Both the position numbers and the translations under genes were made by a program. From positions 101,928,001-101,992,000 of the forward strand of contig NC_042999.1 of the NCBI RefSeq assembly GCF_006345805.1: 64,000 nucleotides of DNA, written 5' to 3'. Shown one piece after another: positions 1 to 10,449 of this stretch. The DNA is from Octopus sinensis (taxonomy: Eukaryota). The notes under the pieces were generated by a model. The model was not told the origin of the DNA. It was given only the letters and a program-made list of their open reading frames with translations, and searched no databases. The first letter of the stretch is position 1. Every line of letters starts with the position of its first letter.

Positions 1-370
1 CTGCAGTTGAATGACTGAAACAAATGAAAGAATATATATATTTTTGTGTGTGTGTGAGAGAGAGAGAGAGCGAGAGAGAGATTTTTTTTATATACTGGTG
101 TAAACCAGTGCATCAAATTACATCCCTTTATTTCAAAAAAGGGGTAAAAACTTGGGCTTTCAATAAATAGAAGTAGATAATTATCAGACTGAGAAAAATA
201 CTAATGTCATTATCATCAACTAAGACTCTTGTAGGCACTGCCTCAGCACAGCCACAACTCAATTACTAAAAGCAATAAAAGAACATAAAATAATACAAAA
301 AAATGTTATTTGCACTTTGTACAGTGAGATCTGAAACAATAACCTGCATATCTATTCTTAATACATTCCT

Positions 371-783
371 GCAGATTCAAATGCAAACATACTAATCACT
401 GTTGTATACATCACAGAACAGCTTCTCTCTTTTACGATAAAAAAGTGTTCATAACACACTTGGCTGACTGGTGCAAGGGATTCTGGGATACTTGTGTTTC
501 AACAGATTGTGTCTTATCAGCCAGAAGTTGGCAGATAACAGTGCTGATCAGAAAACAAGTTGTTCACTGAAATTATAAACAAAGTCACTTGTTTGTTTCG
601 GTTAAAAAAAATACTGGGTACTTCTGTCTTATGCAACACATGTTGAAATACTGGTATCCTAGAATCCCTTGCACCAATGAGCTTAGTGTATAATGAACAC
701 ACTGTCATCTGTCATCATAAATGGAAGAAGCTGTTTTCCTGTGACATACACAATAGTGACTAGCATATTTGCATTCAAATCTG
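371..783. mobile_element. Degenerate foldback/MITE-like inverted repeat (arms ~371-504 and ~641-783)
   Basis: GCAGATTCAAATGCAAACATACTAATCACT...TGGTGCAAGGGATTCTGGGATAC at left matches the reverse complement of GTATCCTAGAATCCCTTGCACCA...GCATATTTGCATTCAAATCTGC at right; spacer ~136 bp. No TSD found. Confidence 0.6.
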
Positions 784-1248
784 CTAGACTGCATTGAAAA
801 TAAATGTGCAAGTTATTGTTGATATAAAATACTTAATAATGAAAAATTTATTGGCAGCTTTTTAATTTTCAGTCAACACCACACACATACACATAAACGA
901 GCCTTTAAAGGTTACTCAGCCTATAGCAGTCAAATTTTCCCCAAATTACACACTATTAGAAAAATAAATAAATAAACATATTTTTCAGTCTTAGATACAA
1001 AGAATTCCTATCCATGATGCAGGCCTAGGCATGGTTTTATTTAGAAAACCACCAACTTGCCCATGCATATAAGTCAGTTCATCATATGCCACCAATGTTG
1101 TCTAAGAAAAAAGGCAATGGCAAATGTAGTGTGGCACCATTGTCATTGCACATGTTGCCATCAGACACCACAAAGCATTTTATGCAGCACTCTAACAATT
1201 CTGCTGAGATTCTTATGCTCTGACTGGCATGTTATTAATCAACCTCAA

Positions 1249-1362
1249 AAAGATGAAGAGCAAAGTTGACTCGAGTGGGATTTGAACTTAAAACACAGAG
1301 AATCAGAGCAAATACAGTAAGGCACTCTATTCAATGCTCTAACGACTCTGCCAATTCATCAT
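1249..1362 (-). mobile_element. Nin-domain-like SINE head fragment
   Basis: Reverse complement of the TGGCAGAATCGTTAG...GAGTTCAAAT...GTCAACTTTGCCTTTCATC motif seen in + copies at 40.4-43.6 kb. Confidence 0.6.
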
Positions 1363-1800
1363 TTTCAATAAAAGACAGGATGGTCATACCTTCAGTCATA
1401 AGTATACTTGATTTTTGCTACCCTAGGGCTAAATAACAATGATAGCAACACAGATATATCTATGAGGTTAAATCTCTATTAAGGTCAAGTCCTGTTGAGA
1501 TCCATTTTGCTTTTTATCTTTCCATGGTTAATAAAAATTAGTATCAATAGTATATTGTATTGAGGTTGATTCAATCAATTCTTTACAGCATATTTATAAC
1601 CCTGATCTAAAGTTTGAAATCAATATATGTTAGCATCTCACATAATATAATACAGTAAGATGTAAAACTTTTATTTAACTGAGACTATATATGCAATCAA
1701 AAGACAAAACAATACCGTCTAAGAATGTTTAAAAGATAAAAGCAACCAAGGGAGATAATGCTAATAATATCAACCAATTAAAATTTTCAGAAAATAAAGA

Positions 1801-2268
1801 GGCACAGGCTTTGTTGTGTGGTAAGAAGCTTACTTCCCAACCATATGGTCCTAAGCTCAATCCCATTGCATGGTACCCAGGGCAATTGCCTTCTACTATA
1901 GCTCTGGGAAAGCCTCATGAATGGATTTGGCAGGAAGAAAATGAAAGAAACTTGTTGTGTGTATATATATAAATGTGAGTGTTCATTGTATCACTGTATT
2001 CTTGCTCTGACATCACATGATATTTGTAAAGCAAATGTCATTGTAATGCAAGTGGTGTCCTTCGTTTTCAATATTTTGTGATGACATGTCTGGTATTGGG
2101 GAAATATTATCATACTTGGAAACAGATGGGGGTGCTGGCATCAGAAAGAGCATCCAGCAGTAGAACATCTATCTCAACAAATTCAATCCGACTCATGCAG
2201 GCATGGAAAAATAGATATGAAAGCAATGATGATAATGATGATGATGATGATGATGATGACCGATGATG
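1801..2268 (+). mobile_element. tRNA-headed SINE with RTE-like 3' tail and (GAT)n end
   Basis: Head GGCACAGG..TGTGTGGTAAGAAGCTT..CTACTATAG; tail GAGCATCCAGCAGTAGAA; (GAT)n. Same layout at 57425-57815. Confidence 0.7.
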
Positions 2269-2899
2269 CTGATAAGAATGCTTTTTGTTTTCAAAGCCAG
2301 TAAGTGAAAGCAATGGATTCTTAATAAGTCTGCTCAGTAAATTATAGTCTATTCAGTTACCAAGTGATTGCTATATATAGGAACAGAGGCAATGTAATGA
2401 TGTTGGTTATGAATATAAACATAAGAAGCTGAGATGAAAAAAAAAAATAATAATAAAATAAAAAAGAAACTCAGAGGGTTACACATATATAATACAGCAA
2501 GTTGAAAAACTTCAATCAACCAAAATTATCCAGGCAATTAGCAAACAAAAACTCCCTGAATGAATGATTACAATCTAAAACAATAAGCAGGGAATAATTT
2601 CAATAATATCAGCCAATCAAAATTTTTAATAAAGAAAGATGACATAGGAGTGAATTAGAAATCAGTACTTTTATTGCTGGGAAGGCAGTAGAGATAGGAG
2701 TGAGGCAAGAGGGTTATGTCACTAAATGTATAATTTTGTTTCATTTTTATGCCCCTTTTTTCATGACAGTTCAGGTAAATTGTTGATGCCTTGTTTTGCA
2801 GCCAGATATCCTTCCTGTTGAAAACCCTTAACTGTTTTTCAATTGAGGGATCTCTTATACCAAATATCTTCACACCTGCAAAGCCAGCAGAGAGTTTGT

Positions 2900-3260
2900 T
2901 GACAAAGAAAATAGCAACAATCCAGTGAAGTGATTTCCAGAGAAATGCAAACAAAACACACAGTTGACTAACCCCCTCCTAAAATTGCCTACCTTGTGCA
3001 AAAAATTGAAACAATTACTGTTCCTCTTGAACCTTTATCAGTCAACACCTGTATGAGAATATGAACAGAGAAGGAATTCCAGAGGCTGACATTCTGATCA
3101 AATAGGGCAGGAATGCCAGTATGGAGGTAGTATGAATTCAGCCAGCACCAAGGAACAGAGCCCAATATAGTATTGGTAGAAAAGGCAGAAAGAGGACATA
3201 GCATGCCTGTGGTCTAGAGGCTGGAATATGTCCATAAATGACTTTAAATCAATCAGTCAG
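2900..3260 (-). mobile_element. CR1/L2-type LINE 3' fragment
   Basis: Minus strand reads PLDHRHAMSSFCLFYQYYIGLCSLVLAEFILPP, resembling the LxHRRxVxSLSLFYRYYxGxCSxEL C-terminus of CR1/L2-group ORF2. DNA similarity to 17430-17520 (TCAGAATGTCAGCC..TGGAATT). Confidence 0.65.
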
Positions 3261-4067
3261 TTGGGATAGGAGAAATAGCTGAGACTGGAGAGTGTTTAAG
3301 TATAAATAATATGGTATTTAGAATGATCTTCCTCTATTTTGAGTTCAAAGACTTTCCTGATCCCTGTGTCTCACTCCTCCAAGCTGAACAAATTTATTCC
3401 CTTAAATTTATTTTTAAAAAACCCTTTATTTGTAGTATTAGGTCTCTTAAATATTAATTCTGATTAGGCATGCTTTGAAAATAGCCCATATAAAATTAGT
3501 CTATCTTTTTAATCATAAATGTAAGGCTACAGAACCTTATCATGTTAGTGAAACTTTGTAAAAGACATACATAATTTTGTTGAACAACTGAGACTAAATG
3601 TCTAGTCAGAGAATCATTGAATAGTTTAATGCACTGCTTTCTACTCTAAGTTACAAAAAAATAAATAAATCCAAAGGGATAACAGAACATGGACAGTGGT
3701 TTCATTTTGTAGGTGGAGCAAACAAAAGATTTATCAGAGAGTCAATTTGAAGAGGGTTGAATATAATCACTAGAACACAAGGCAAAGAAAGACTTCTATT
3801 TTACAATCTAGTGAAAATAGTGATCAAAGTTTTCTTTCAGCCAACATCATTAGATTTCTGATTCTTTTACACAAAGTATTTAGTTGCTGTTTCACTCCAT
3901 CTCAACCTAGATCAAGCATATTCTCAAAAGTACACCAGCCATGACCATCTCAGACATAGTTTACTCCAACCAATATAAGCCAATGAGTTCTTCCTTTTGA
4001 GACATTAGCTTGTTATTTGAGGAGTTTTTGCCACTATTTCTACCAGGTGGAGTGACTTATATTCTTT

Positions 4068-4442
4068 TAGTTCCAGTCATTAGATTGTGACCATGCTGGG
4101 GCACCGCCATGAAGAATTCACCACAATACTTTAAAAAAAATTTTAAAGCCTGGTCTTATTCTGTCAGCCTCTTTTGCTGAACCGCTAAGTTATGGGAACA
4201 TAAACATACCAACATCAGTTGTCGAATGGTGGTGGGGAAACAAGCGCACAGGCCACACACACACACACATGTATACACACAACATGCTTCTTTTAGTTTC
4301 CGTCTACCAAATCCATTGACAAGGCTTTGGGCAGCCTAAGGCTATAGTAGAAGACACTTGCCCAAGGTGCCACACAGTGGGACTGAACCGAGAACTATGC
4401 GACTGAGAAGCAAGCTTCTTACTACACAGCCACTCCTGTGCC
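4068..4442 (-). mobile_element. Full-length tRNA-headed SINE (most abundant family)
   Basis: Minus strand has A-box TGGCTGTGTAG and B-box-like GGTTCAGTCCC, a central CA/TA microsatellite and tail CCAGCATGGTCACAATCTAATGACTGGAA. Other copies near 15830-16045, 17683-17840, 24210-24590, 30640-30960, 32205-32550, 44975-45130, 54370-55010, 59520-59680. Confidence 0.8.
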
Positions 4443-4494
4443 AATATAAGGGTTTTACTTAAGGAGCTGTATCACAATACTAATTGAACCAGTA

Positions 4495-6449
4495 TATTGG
4501 AGATTTCAGCACAATGTTTATCAATGATTTTTAGGTAATTTTGGGGTGCTGAATCCAAATGTGACATCAGATTTTGTCTATCACAACAGATTTTTGATGT
4601 GCCAACAGTTGCTGTGATGATCTTTAAGCTCAACTACAGCTCCATGTTTGACGCACTTTTGGCAGGCATCAACAAAATGTTTAGGACCCTCCTGGAGGAT
4701 GAGAAATGCCAGCTGGCTGCTGCCCTTCACCCCAGGTTTCACCTCATCTGGTTGAATAAGTATGACAACACCAAGGTTGCCAAGGTGAGGAAAAACATGG
4801 AAGGTAAGGTTGAGGAGGCCATGAGACAGAAGTCTGATGAAGTGAGCAGCAACAACAAAGAGTAGGAGGAGGATTTCTTCAGTGGTGTCACCCAACCAAA
4901 AGAGAGCAGCAGGAGCTACAGGTCACTCAAGGACAAGGCCCAGCATTTGGTCAAGACCTGGTTGGAGACCAAATCAAAGGACTTGCTGACAGATGCTGCC
5001 TTCTTGAGTGAGAAAGTGTTGGTGAACCTGTTCATTATGTTCAACAATACCATCCCCTCCAGTGCTGCAGTAGAGTGTTAGTTCTCAATGAGCAAATCAA
5101 AGAAAAATTTGACTTTGACTATCTAATTTTCATGAAGGACAACATGGATATCTTGAACAAAATGAGAATGAGAAAAAGAGGAAAAATTAAATTATGTATA
5201 TATTGTTTTTCATTATTTTTATTTTTATTTTTTATGGCCACTTTATCAATAAACTTTTTTAGTTTGATACTGTGTTTCATTTGAGAATTTTTTTTACCAT
5301 TTTCTGGCTCTGAAAGCTTTTAAAAACCTAAAAACAAAGGGCCCAAACTATGAAATCAGACATTTTTAGGTCTTTTAAAAGAACTATAAAATCGGCATTT
5401 TTTAACTCTAAAGCAAAAAAAAAAAAAAACCTATAGTTTTTTTGGTTCTAAAGCCCTTAAAAAGGACAAAAGAAGGCTGATCTTATAGTTTTGGCACTTT
5501 TTAAAAGAGTTTTTAGCTGGTTTTAGAGCAAAAACTGATTTTCTGATTTTTCTATAATAAAATTTAACGTTAATGGTTTATTGAAAACTTCCATTACATT
5601 TTTTAAGAAATAACTAATTAACTGTCATTGAAGTTAACTTTTTGGTTAATGGATGAATGGTTAACAAAGTTAACTTTTCAATTATCGGTGCCCACCTTTG
5701 GTAAGTAGTGCAATTTAATGCTCATTCTACATCCAAGTGCTTGCAAACTCAAAAGCAGCTCCTCCACAATCTCTTGACAGTTATCAGATTTCCCGTTTCC
5801 AAGGAAATTCCACAACACATCAGAGAAGGCATTCCAACACTCATTGTTGTAATGAAATGTAGATCCCTAAGGAGTGTTCTTATTTGAGGTTCATCAAATA
5901 TTCCTGCCTTCTTATCACTGAGACTTGGAAAGGTTGTACATATATATCTGAAGCAGTCTCCACTGTGATCAAGAGCTTTAATGACCTGCTTCATCACACC
6001 AAGTTTCAACACAGATTTTGCGAACTTTGTGGGAAGCCCAGGTTTTGTTCTGGTCTTCAAGTGTTACTTTGAAGTAAGATACACCTTGACAAAGTTATTA
6101 ATGTTGCGCCTTTGAGCCTATGGAGTGAAGTTTTCCCAGACGTAACAGAAGATATCGGGATCATTACAGCACGTCTTTCTTTTTGATGTTGTATCCATAA
6201 CTAGATCGCAGTAGTTCGGTTTACATGTGAAAAGGGCTTTACAGCAAAACTCAGCTTGTACATGTTCAAAATTAGCATGACAATCCAGCCAAAATTCTTG
6301 CAAATTGTGGTGTAAAGTTAACTTTTGCTATGTTCCAGGTAAATAAAGATATATACCGATCGCACAAAAATGTGATGTGGTAGAACAAAGCTGTAGTTAA
6401 TTTTGGAATCAACACCATATGCAAGAAAATTTTATTTTGTTGACCAGTG
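4495..6449 (-). mobile_element. Internally deleted Chapaev3/CMC-like DNA transposon, interrupted by hAT
   Basis: 5' end CACTGGTCAACAAAA (minus, at 6449). N-terminal CxNDPDIFCY motif and LEDQNKTWASHKV are joined to LKLGVMKQVIKAL..AGIFDEPQIR..LQALGCRMSIKLHYL, which stops at 5701. Subterminal TTTTGGGGTGCTGAATCCAAAT at ~4540-4562. Family assignment is from recalled motifs. Confidence 0.6.
4581..5700 (+). mobile_element. hAT transposon 3' remnant (transposase C-terminus/dimerisation domain and right end)
   Basis: AAALHPRFHLIWL...LFIMFNNTIPSSAAVEC*FS with in-frame stops, then FDYLIFMKDN. Right end GTTAACTTTTCAATTATCGGTGCCCACCTTTG at 5700. Confidence 0.8.
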
Positions 6450-7129
6450 TATTTAAAAAAAATAATTTCTCTAATCAACGTCACGTGTATGAGTGTTGAA
6501 ATATTTAGTGTATAATTATATTTTGAAATTTTTAAAATGTTTTTGTTACACGTATAACTAAATACACTAACTATTAGAAAAATGAACACAAAATGTAGCT
6601 CAACAAACAAAAATAGAGCATAATATAAGTTGAAACTCAATACAGATTATAACCAACCAAACAAACTGAACTAAATTAAACGAGATGAAATATTTCACAG
6701 CACTTTAATGTAAATAAAATATTAGCAGGCTGCTAATCAGGTAGTATATTACTGGTATTTATGATTATGTATTACAGAAGAGGGGAGGGGTAGATTTTAT
6801 CATCAAACAGCAAGAATATGGAAGATAGGTAAAGATACGAAAAAGAAAATTTAAACGTAATGTAATTGCATAAAAGAGAAAAGACAGACTGACAAAACAG
6901 ACGAATACAGAAACAGGGCGCAGGGATATAAGTATTGTACTTCCGCTCTGGTTTGTTATGTCTGGAACCAACAGGAAAAAGAAAGTAAATAACGAAAACA
7001 GATGAAAACAAAAAGGAAAATGAACAGAAAATTCACGTAGAAAGAAGAAAGAAACTAATTCAAAAGGGAAAATAAAATACATTGTCTTGAGAAAAGAATA
7101 AGATATCATATCATATACTACTAGATGGG

Positions 7130-7440
7130 AAGAAAATGAGAGAGAAAAATAGTAGAAAGAAAGAAAGAAAGAAAGTAAGTAGTAGTAGTAGTAGATGTGG
7201 TGGTAATGGTGGTGGTGGTGGTAGAAGAAGAGAGTTAGTAAAAGACAGTGGTAAAAAATACAAAGAGGGTAACGTTAAGAACGGGGGGAGTAGTACAGGA
7301 GAAATAATGTCAAAAGAGGGTGGGTAATACAGAAAGAATAATGTAAAGAAAGGGGGAGTAGTAGAGAAAAAGTAATATTGAAACAGAGTGAGTAGTATAA
7401 AAAGAGTAATGTTTAAAGACAGGGATGGGATGCAGAGAGA
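7130..7440. repeat. Purine-rich low-complexity tract with a degenerate ~35-bp tandem repeat
   Basis: (GAAA)n, (AGT)n, (GGT)n, then four related units starting at ~7283, 7318, 7352 and 7386 (GGGAGTAGTA..AGAATAATGT..AAAGA). Confidence 0.65.
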
Positions 7441-7444
7441 GAGA

Positions 7445-7635
7445 TGACGTGGTAACAGAGCAAAGAGGGAGAGAAAAAGGTCAACAGCAGTTCAAATAAA
7501 GTCTAACGTGTATTCTGTAATAAAGTGAGTGAAGTGAAAGACTGAAAGCTTCTTCACGTGGCTCTCACTCGTGTGAGGCACTCGTTTTGTGTATACTCTG
7601 AACATATAAAAGAGGAAAAAGCCGACGTCACGCAA
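7445..7635 (+). promoter_or_regulatory. Putative DAP core/proximal promoter
   Basis: TGACGTGG 7445-7452, ACGTG 7506-7510, CACGTG 7555-7560, TATAAAAG 7605-7612, GACGTCA 7624-7630. Lies 70-260 nt upstream of the ATG; in-frame upstream stop TAA at 7660-7662. Confidence 0.55.
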
Positions 7636-7704
7636 TTTGGAAAAGACACGATAACAAGATAAAACAACAGCAAACATATAAACGAACTTTATATATTTTC
7701 TGAA

Positions 7705-7759
7705 ATGTCTTCGTCAGTTGACAGCAAGATGGACCTGAAGGCTGGACATCCACCTGCAG
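7705..7759 (+). CDS. DAP: Death-associated protein 1, coding exon 1 (MSSSVDSKMDLKAGHPPA + phase 1)
   Basis: KAGHPPA is the DAP-family N-terminal signature (human MSSPPEGKLETKAGHPPAVKAGGMRIVQ). Donor GCAG|GTAAAT. Confidence 0.93.
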
Positions 7760-7814
7760 GTAAATAAATAAATAAAATTATTATTATTATGGTTATTATC
7801 CCGTCTAGGTTTAT

Positions 7815-8324
7815 GCTGCAGTCAAGTACTGTGATCGATTCAATCAATTTATGCCCGCCTCCCAAAAATGTGGCTTTGTGCCAGAGTTAGATAGAATTCA
7901 TTGTTTTTATTGCTGTTAGTGAAATTCTGAGAGCGAAAAATTACTCAACAAAACCTTGAGACAGTGTATTATAACGCAATTTAATAATTTGTTCGCCAAG
8001 TAAACATTAGGGTTATCCTTCATAAAACGGTTGTAAACTCAAAATAAAATGCAGAAAACATTGCTGCAGTCAAGTACTGTGGTTGATTGAATCAATTTAT
8101 GCCCGCCTCCCAAAAATGTGACTTTGTGCCAATGTTTAGAATTCATTATTATTGTTTTTATTTCTGTTAGCAGAATGCTGAGAGTAAAAAAATTACGGTT
8201 TAAACATTAACCAAAATTACTTATCAAAACCTCGAAACTGTATTATAACGCAATTTAATAATTTGTTCACTAAATAAACATTAGAGTGATTCTTCATAAA
8301 ACGGTTGTAAACTCAAAATAAAAA
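7815..8324 (+). repeat. Tandem duplication of ~250 bp (7815-8062 and 8063-8324)
   Basis: Both units start GCTGCAGTCAAGTACTGTG and share TATTATAACGCAATTTAATAATTTGTTC and CTTCATAAAACGGTTGTAAACTCAAAATAAAA. Confidence 0.85.
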
Positions 8325-8874
8325 TACTATCAGAAACCAAAATGCATTACAAGCAACGAATGTCATTAACATTGCTTAAAGAAACCAACAATAATACTTC
8401 TAGCAAGCATATTAAATCATGGTTTATTTAAAGTATAAAATATGTACGTGTATGAAATAACATTGTTTGATCGGTTGAAGTGACTGCACCTGATTCTTGT
8501 AGAGATGACAAAACAAGAAGTTGTACTTGTAACCCCCAAAACAATCCGGTAGAATCACACTATTAATCAAACAGTATTAGCTTTGTAAAATCTATTTTTT
8601 ATATGATTACATATTTCATATTTACAAACAAAATAAATCAGGTACTACTAGCGAACAGTGGTCCCGGTGTACACATCGTTTAGGTTTGAATTTTCTTGAA
8701 GGGTCGCCCTATAAATAGCTTGTTTTTACCCGAACAAGGAACTTTAGCACACAGTAATGTCTATGGACCGTTCTTATTTTGCAGTTGAACCGATTTAACT
8801 GATGTTGAACCCCGCCAAAGTCTTTTCACACCATTGCTCGAATAAGAAAACGAGTGCTTCTCTGTAGCCTCTCG

Positions 8875-9380
8875 ATGTGCTAGAAATAGTAACCGAATGT
8901 CACACCCACGATCGTAGATAGTAAGATAGATAGCATTGGATGATGTAGTCCCTATGCTGTACTTGATTGAAAACGGGGTGGTCATGGAGAGAACGCTATT
9001 GCTCATGTCTGCTCAATCAAAGCCGAACAGCGTTAAATATTTTCCTTTTAAAAGACAGCTTTGCCCTCTAAGCATAATTATTTACCCCTCCCCCATTTTG
9101 TTTTTGTTTATATTTTACTGATGATGGTACATTACCTACATTATGTGACTAAATTCGAATGTTGTCATTGTTTAGCATCTCTCCAGGTCAACTCGATTGT
9201 GCTGAGGTGAATAACGACGTGTCAGTCATAATCAACGCATCTTATCTTCAGACGTAGTCTTATCTGGACTATATTAAACAACGTGTCCATTGTTTAGGAT
9301 TGCAGTTTGAAGGAAATTTCATTTGGCTGCTGTTTCTAGCAGGCTCGAGCGACCACATAGAGACTTCTCTTGTTGGCTCG
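8875..9380. mobile_element. Inverted pair of a SINE-like family (+ 8875-9035, - 9160-9380)
   Basis: GCTAGAAATAG...GGTGGTCATGG...TCTGCTCAATCA on + and its reverse-complement-like ATTTGGCTGCTGTTTCTAGC on -. Further copies near 3850-4070, 13460-13590, 21960-22200, 25400-25560, 37730-37900, 38400-38620, 48770-49170. Confidence 0.55.
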
Positions 9381-10449
9381 TTGAATATTTGTTTGGATGA
9401 CTTCTTGTATGCTTGTAGATGAATTCGAACAGTTTTCAGGATTTTTTGTAATATAAGCACGTCGATGTGCATCGTGCATACAAGATTGATGTATTTTGAA
9501 TGTGTACATGAATATGAAACTTGAGAAAGTCCATGCAGCTTGATATTCGAGAAAACACTACAGAGCTTAGAACGCATAAATCTAACCTAAATGGCTCATT
9601 TAGATATTAAAATATCAACCAATCTATGTAAATTGTGTGGGTATAAAATGTAAAATATACATTAGTATGTATACATACTGGCCTATTTTGAAACTCGATG
9701 TAAACATGTTTTTGAAAAAAACCCGAAACCTATTTATAACTAATTTGAATCTTTTTTTTTTTGTTTAAAGGAACTTTAAAAACTGACCCTTTTGTTTGTA
9801 GTCATGTCCTTTTCCCTTATATTGGTTAGATATAGCTTAAATATTTTTATTACTTCTACCTATTCACGATTGTTTTGCTTTTTTCCCTTTAAAAAAGTTC
9901 TCCCTCCATTAATATAAATAAACAATCGACATCTCTTTCACTCGGGCAAATATGTGTTTGTGTATTTATTTTCTACTGAGTTTGTAGGCTTATGTATTTA
10001 TATAGCTTCCTTTCCATTGTTAATGAAGTGTGAATTACGATATTTTAGCTTGGTTTTGTACAACGTTATGTATAGTTAACTGTGCAATATGTTACATGTT
10101 TGCCACCATAAAACAATAAGGAAACAGCCTCTGTACCACGTGGTACAAGCTGACCCTCTTGTAAAAATTTGCGTTAAAATATGTATTTAATATTTGTCGG
10201 ATTTTTCGAAGTTAATACATTTGTTAGTATGTTTTTTTTTGACGAATAAAAGGAGGATTACTTTCTTGTCAACTTTTTTGAAGTTGTATAAGTGGATGCG
10301 TTTGTTTGTACTTTAGGTATATTTCTTTAAACCAGTCTTGGGCAAACTGCGGCCCGTGAGATTTTCTGAATGGCACACCTAACGAAAAATTACGATGAAT
10401 ATCTTTAATAGTGTGACCTGCCTAATGACGAGCCATATCTCATGCGGCT

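Noticed and set aside
6700-7120. First exon of a divergent minus-strand gene
   Set aside because: No convincing donor, no downstream coding exon in 1-6 kb, and the ORFs are low-complexity F/L-rich.
9200-9270. Penelope-type hammerhead ribozyme (minus-strand CTGAAGA...GACAC)
   Set aside because: The required GAAA core is absent, no stems could be drawn, and the segment belongs to a SINE-like family.
10132-10147. Perfect 16-bp palindrome TGTACCACGTGGTACA containing an E-box
   Set aside because: About one 16-bp palindrome is expected by chance in 64 kb; no other support.
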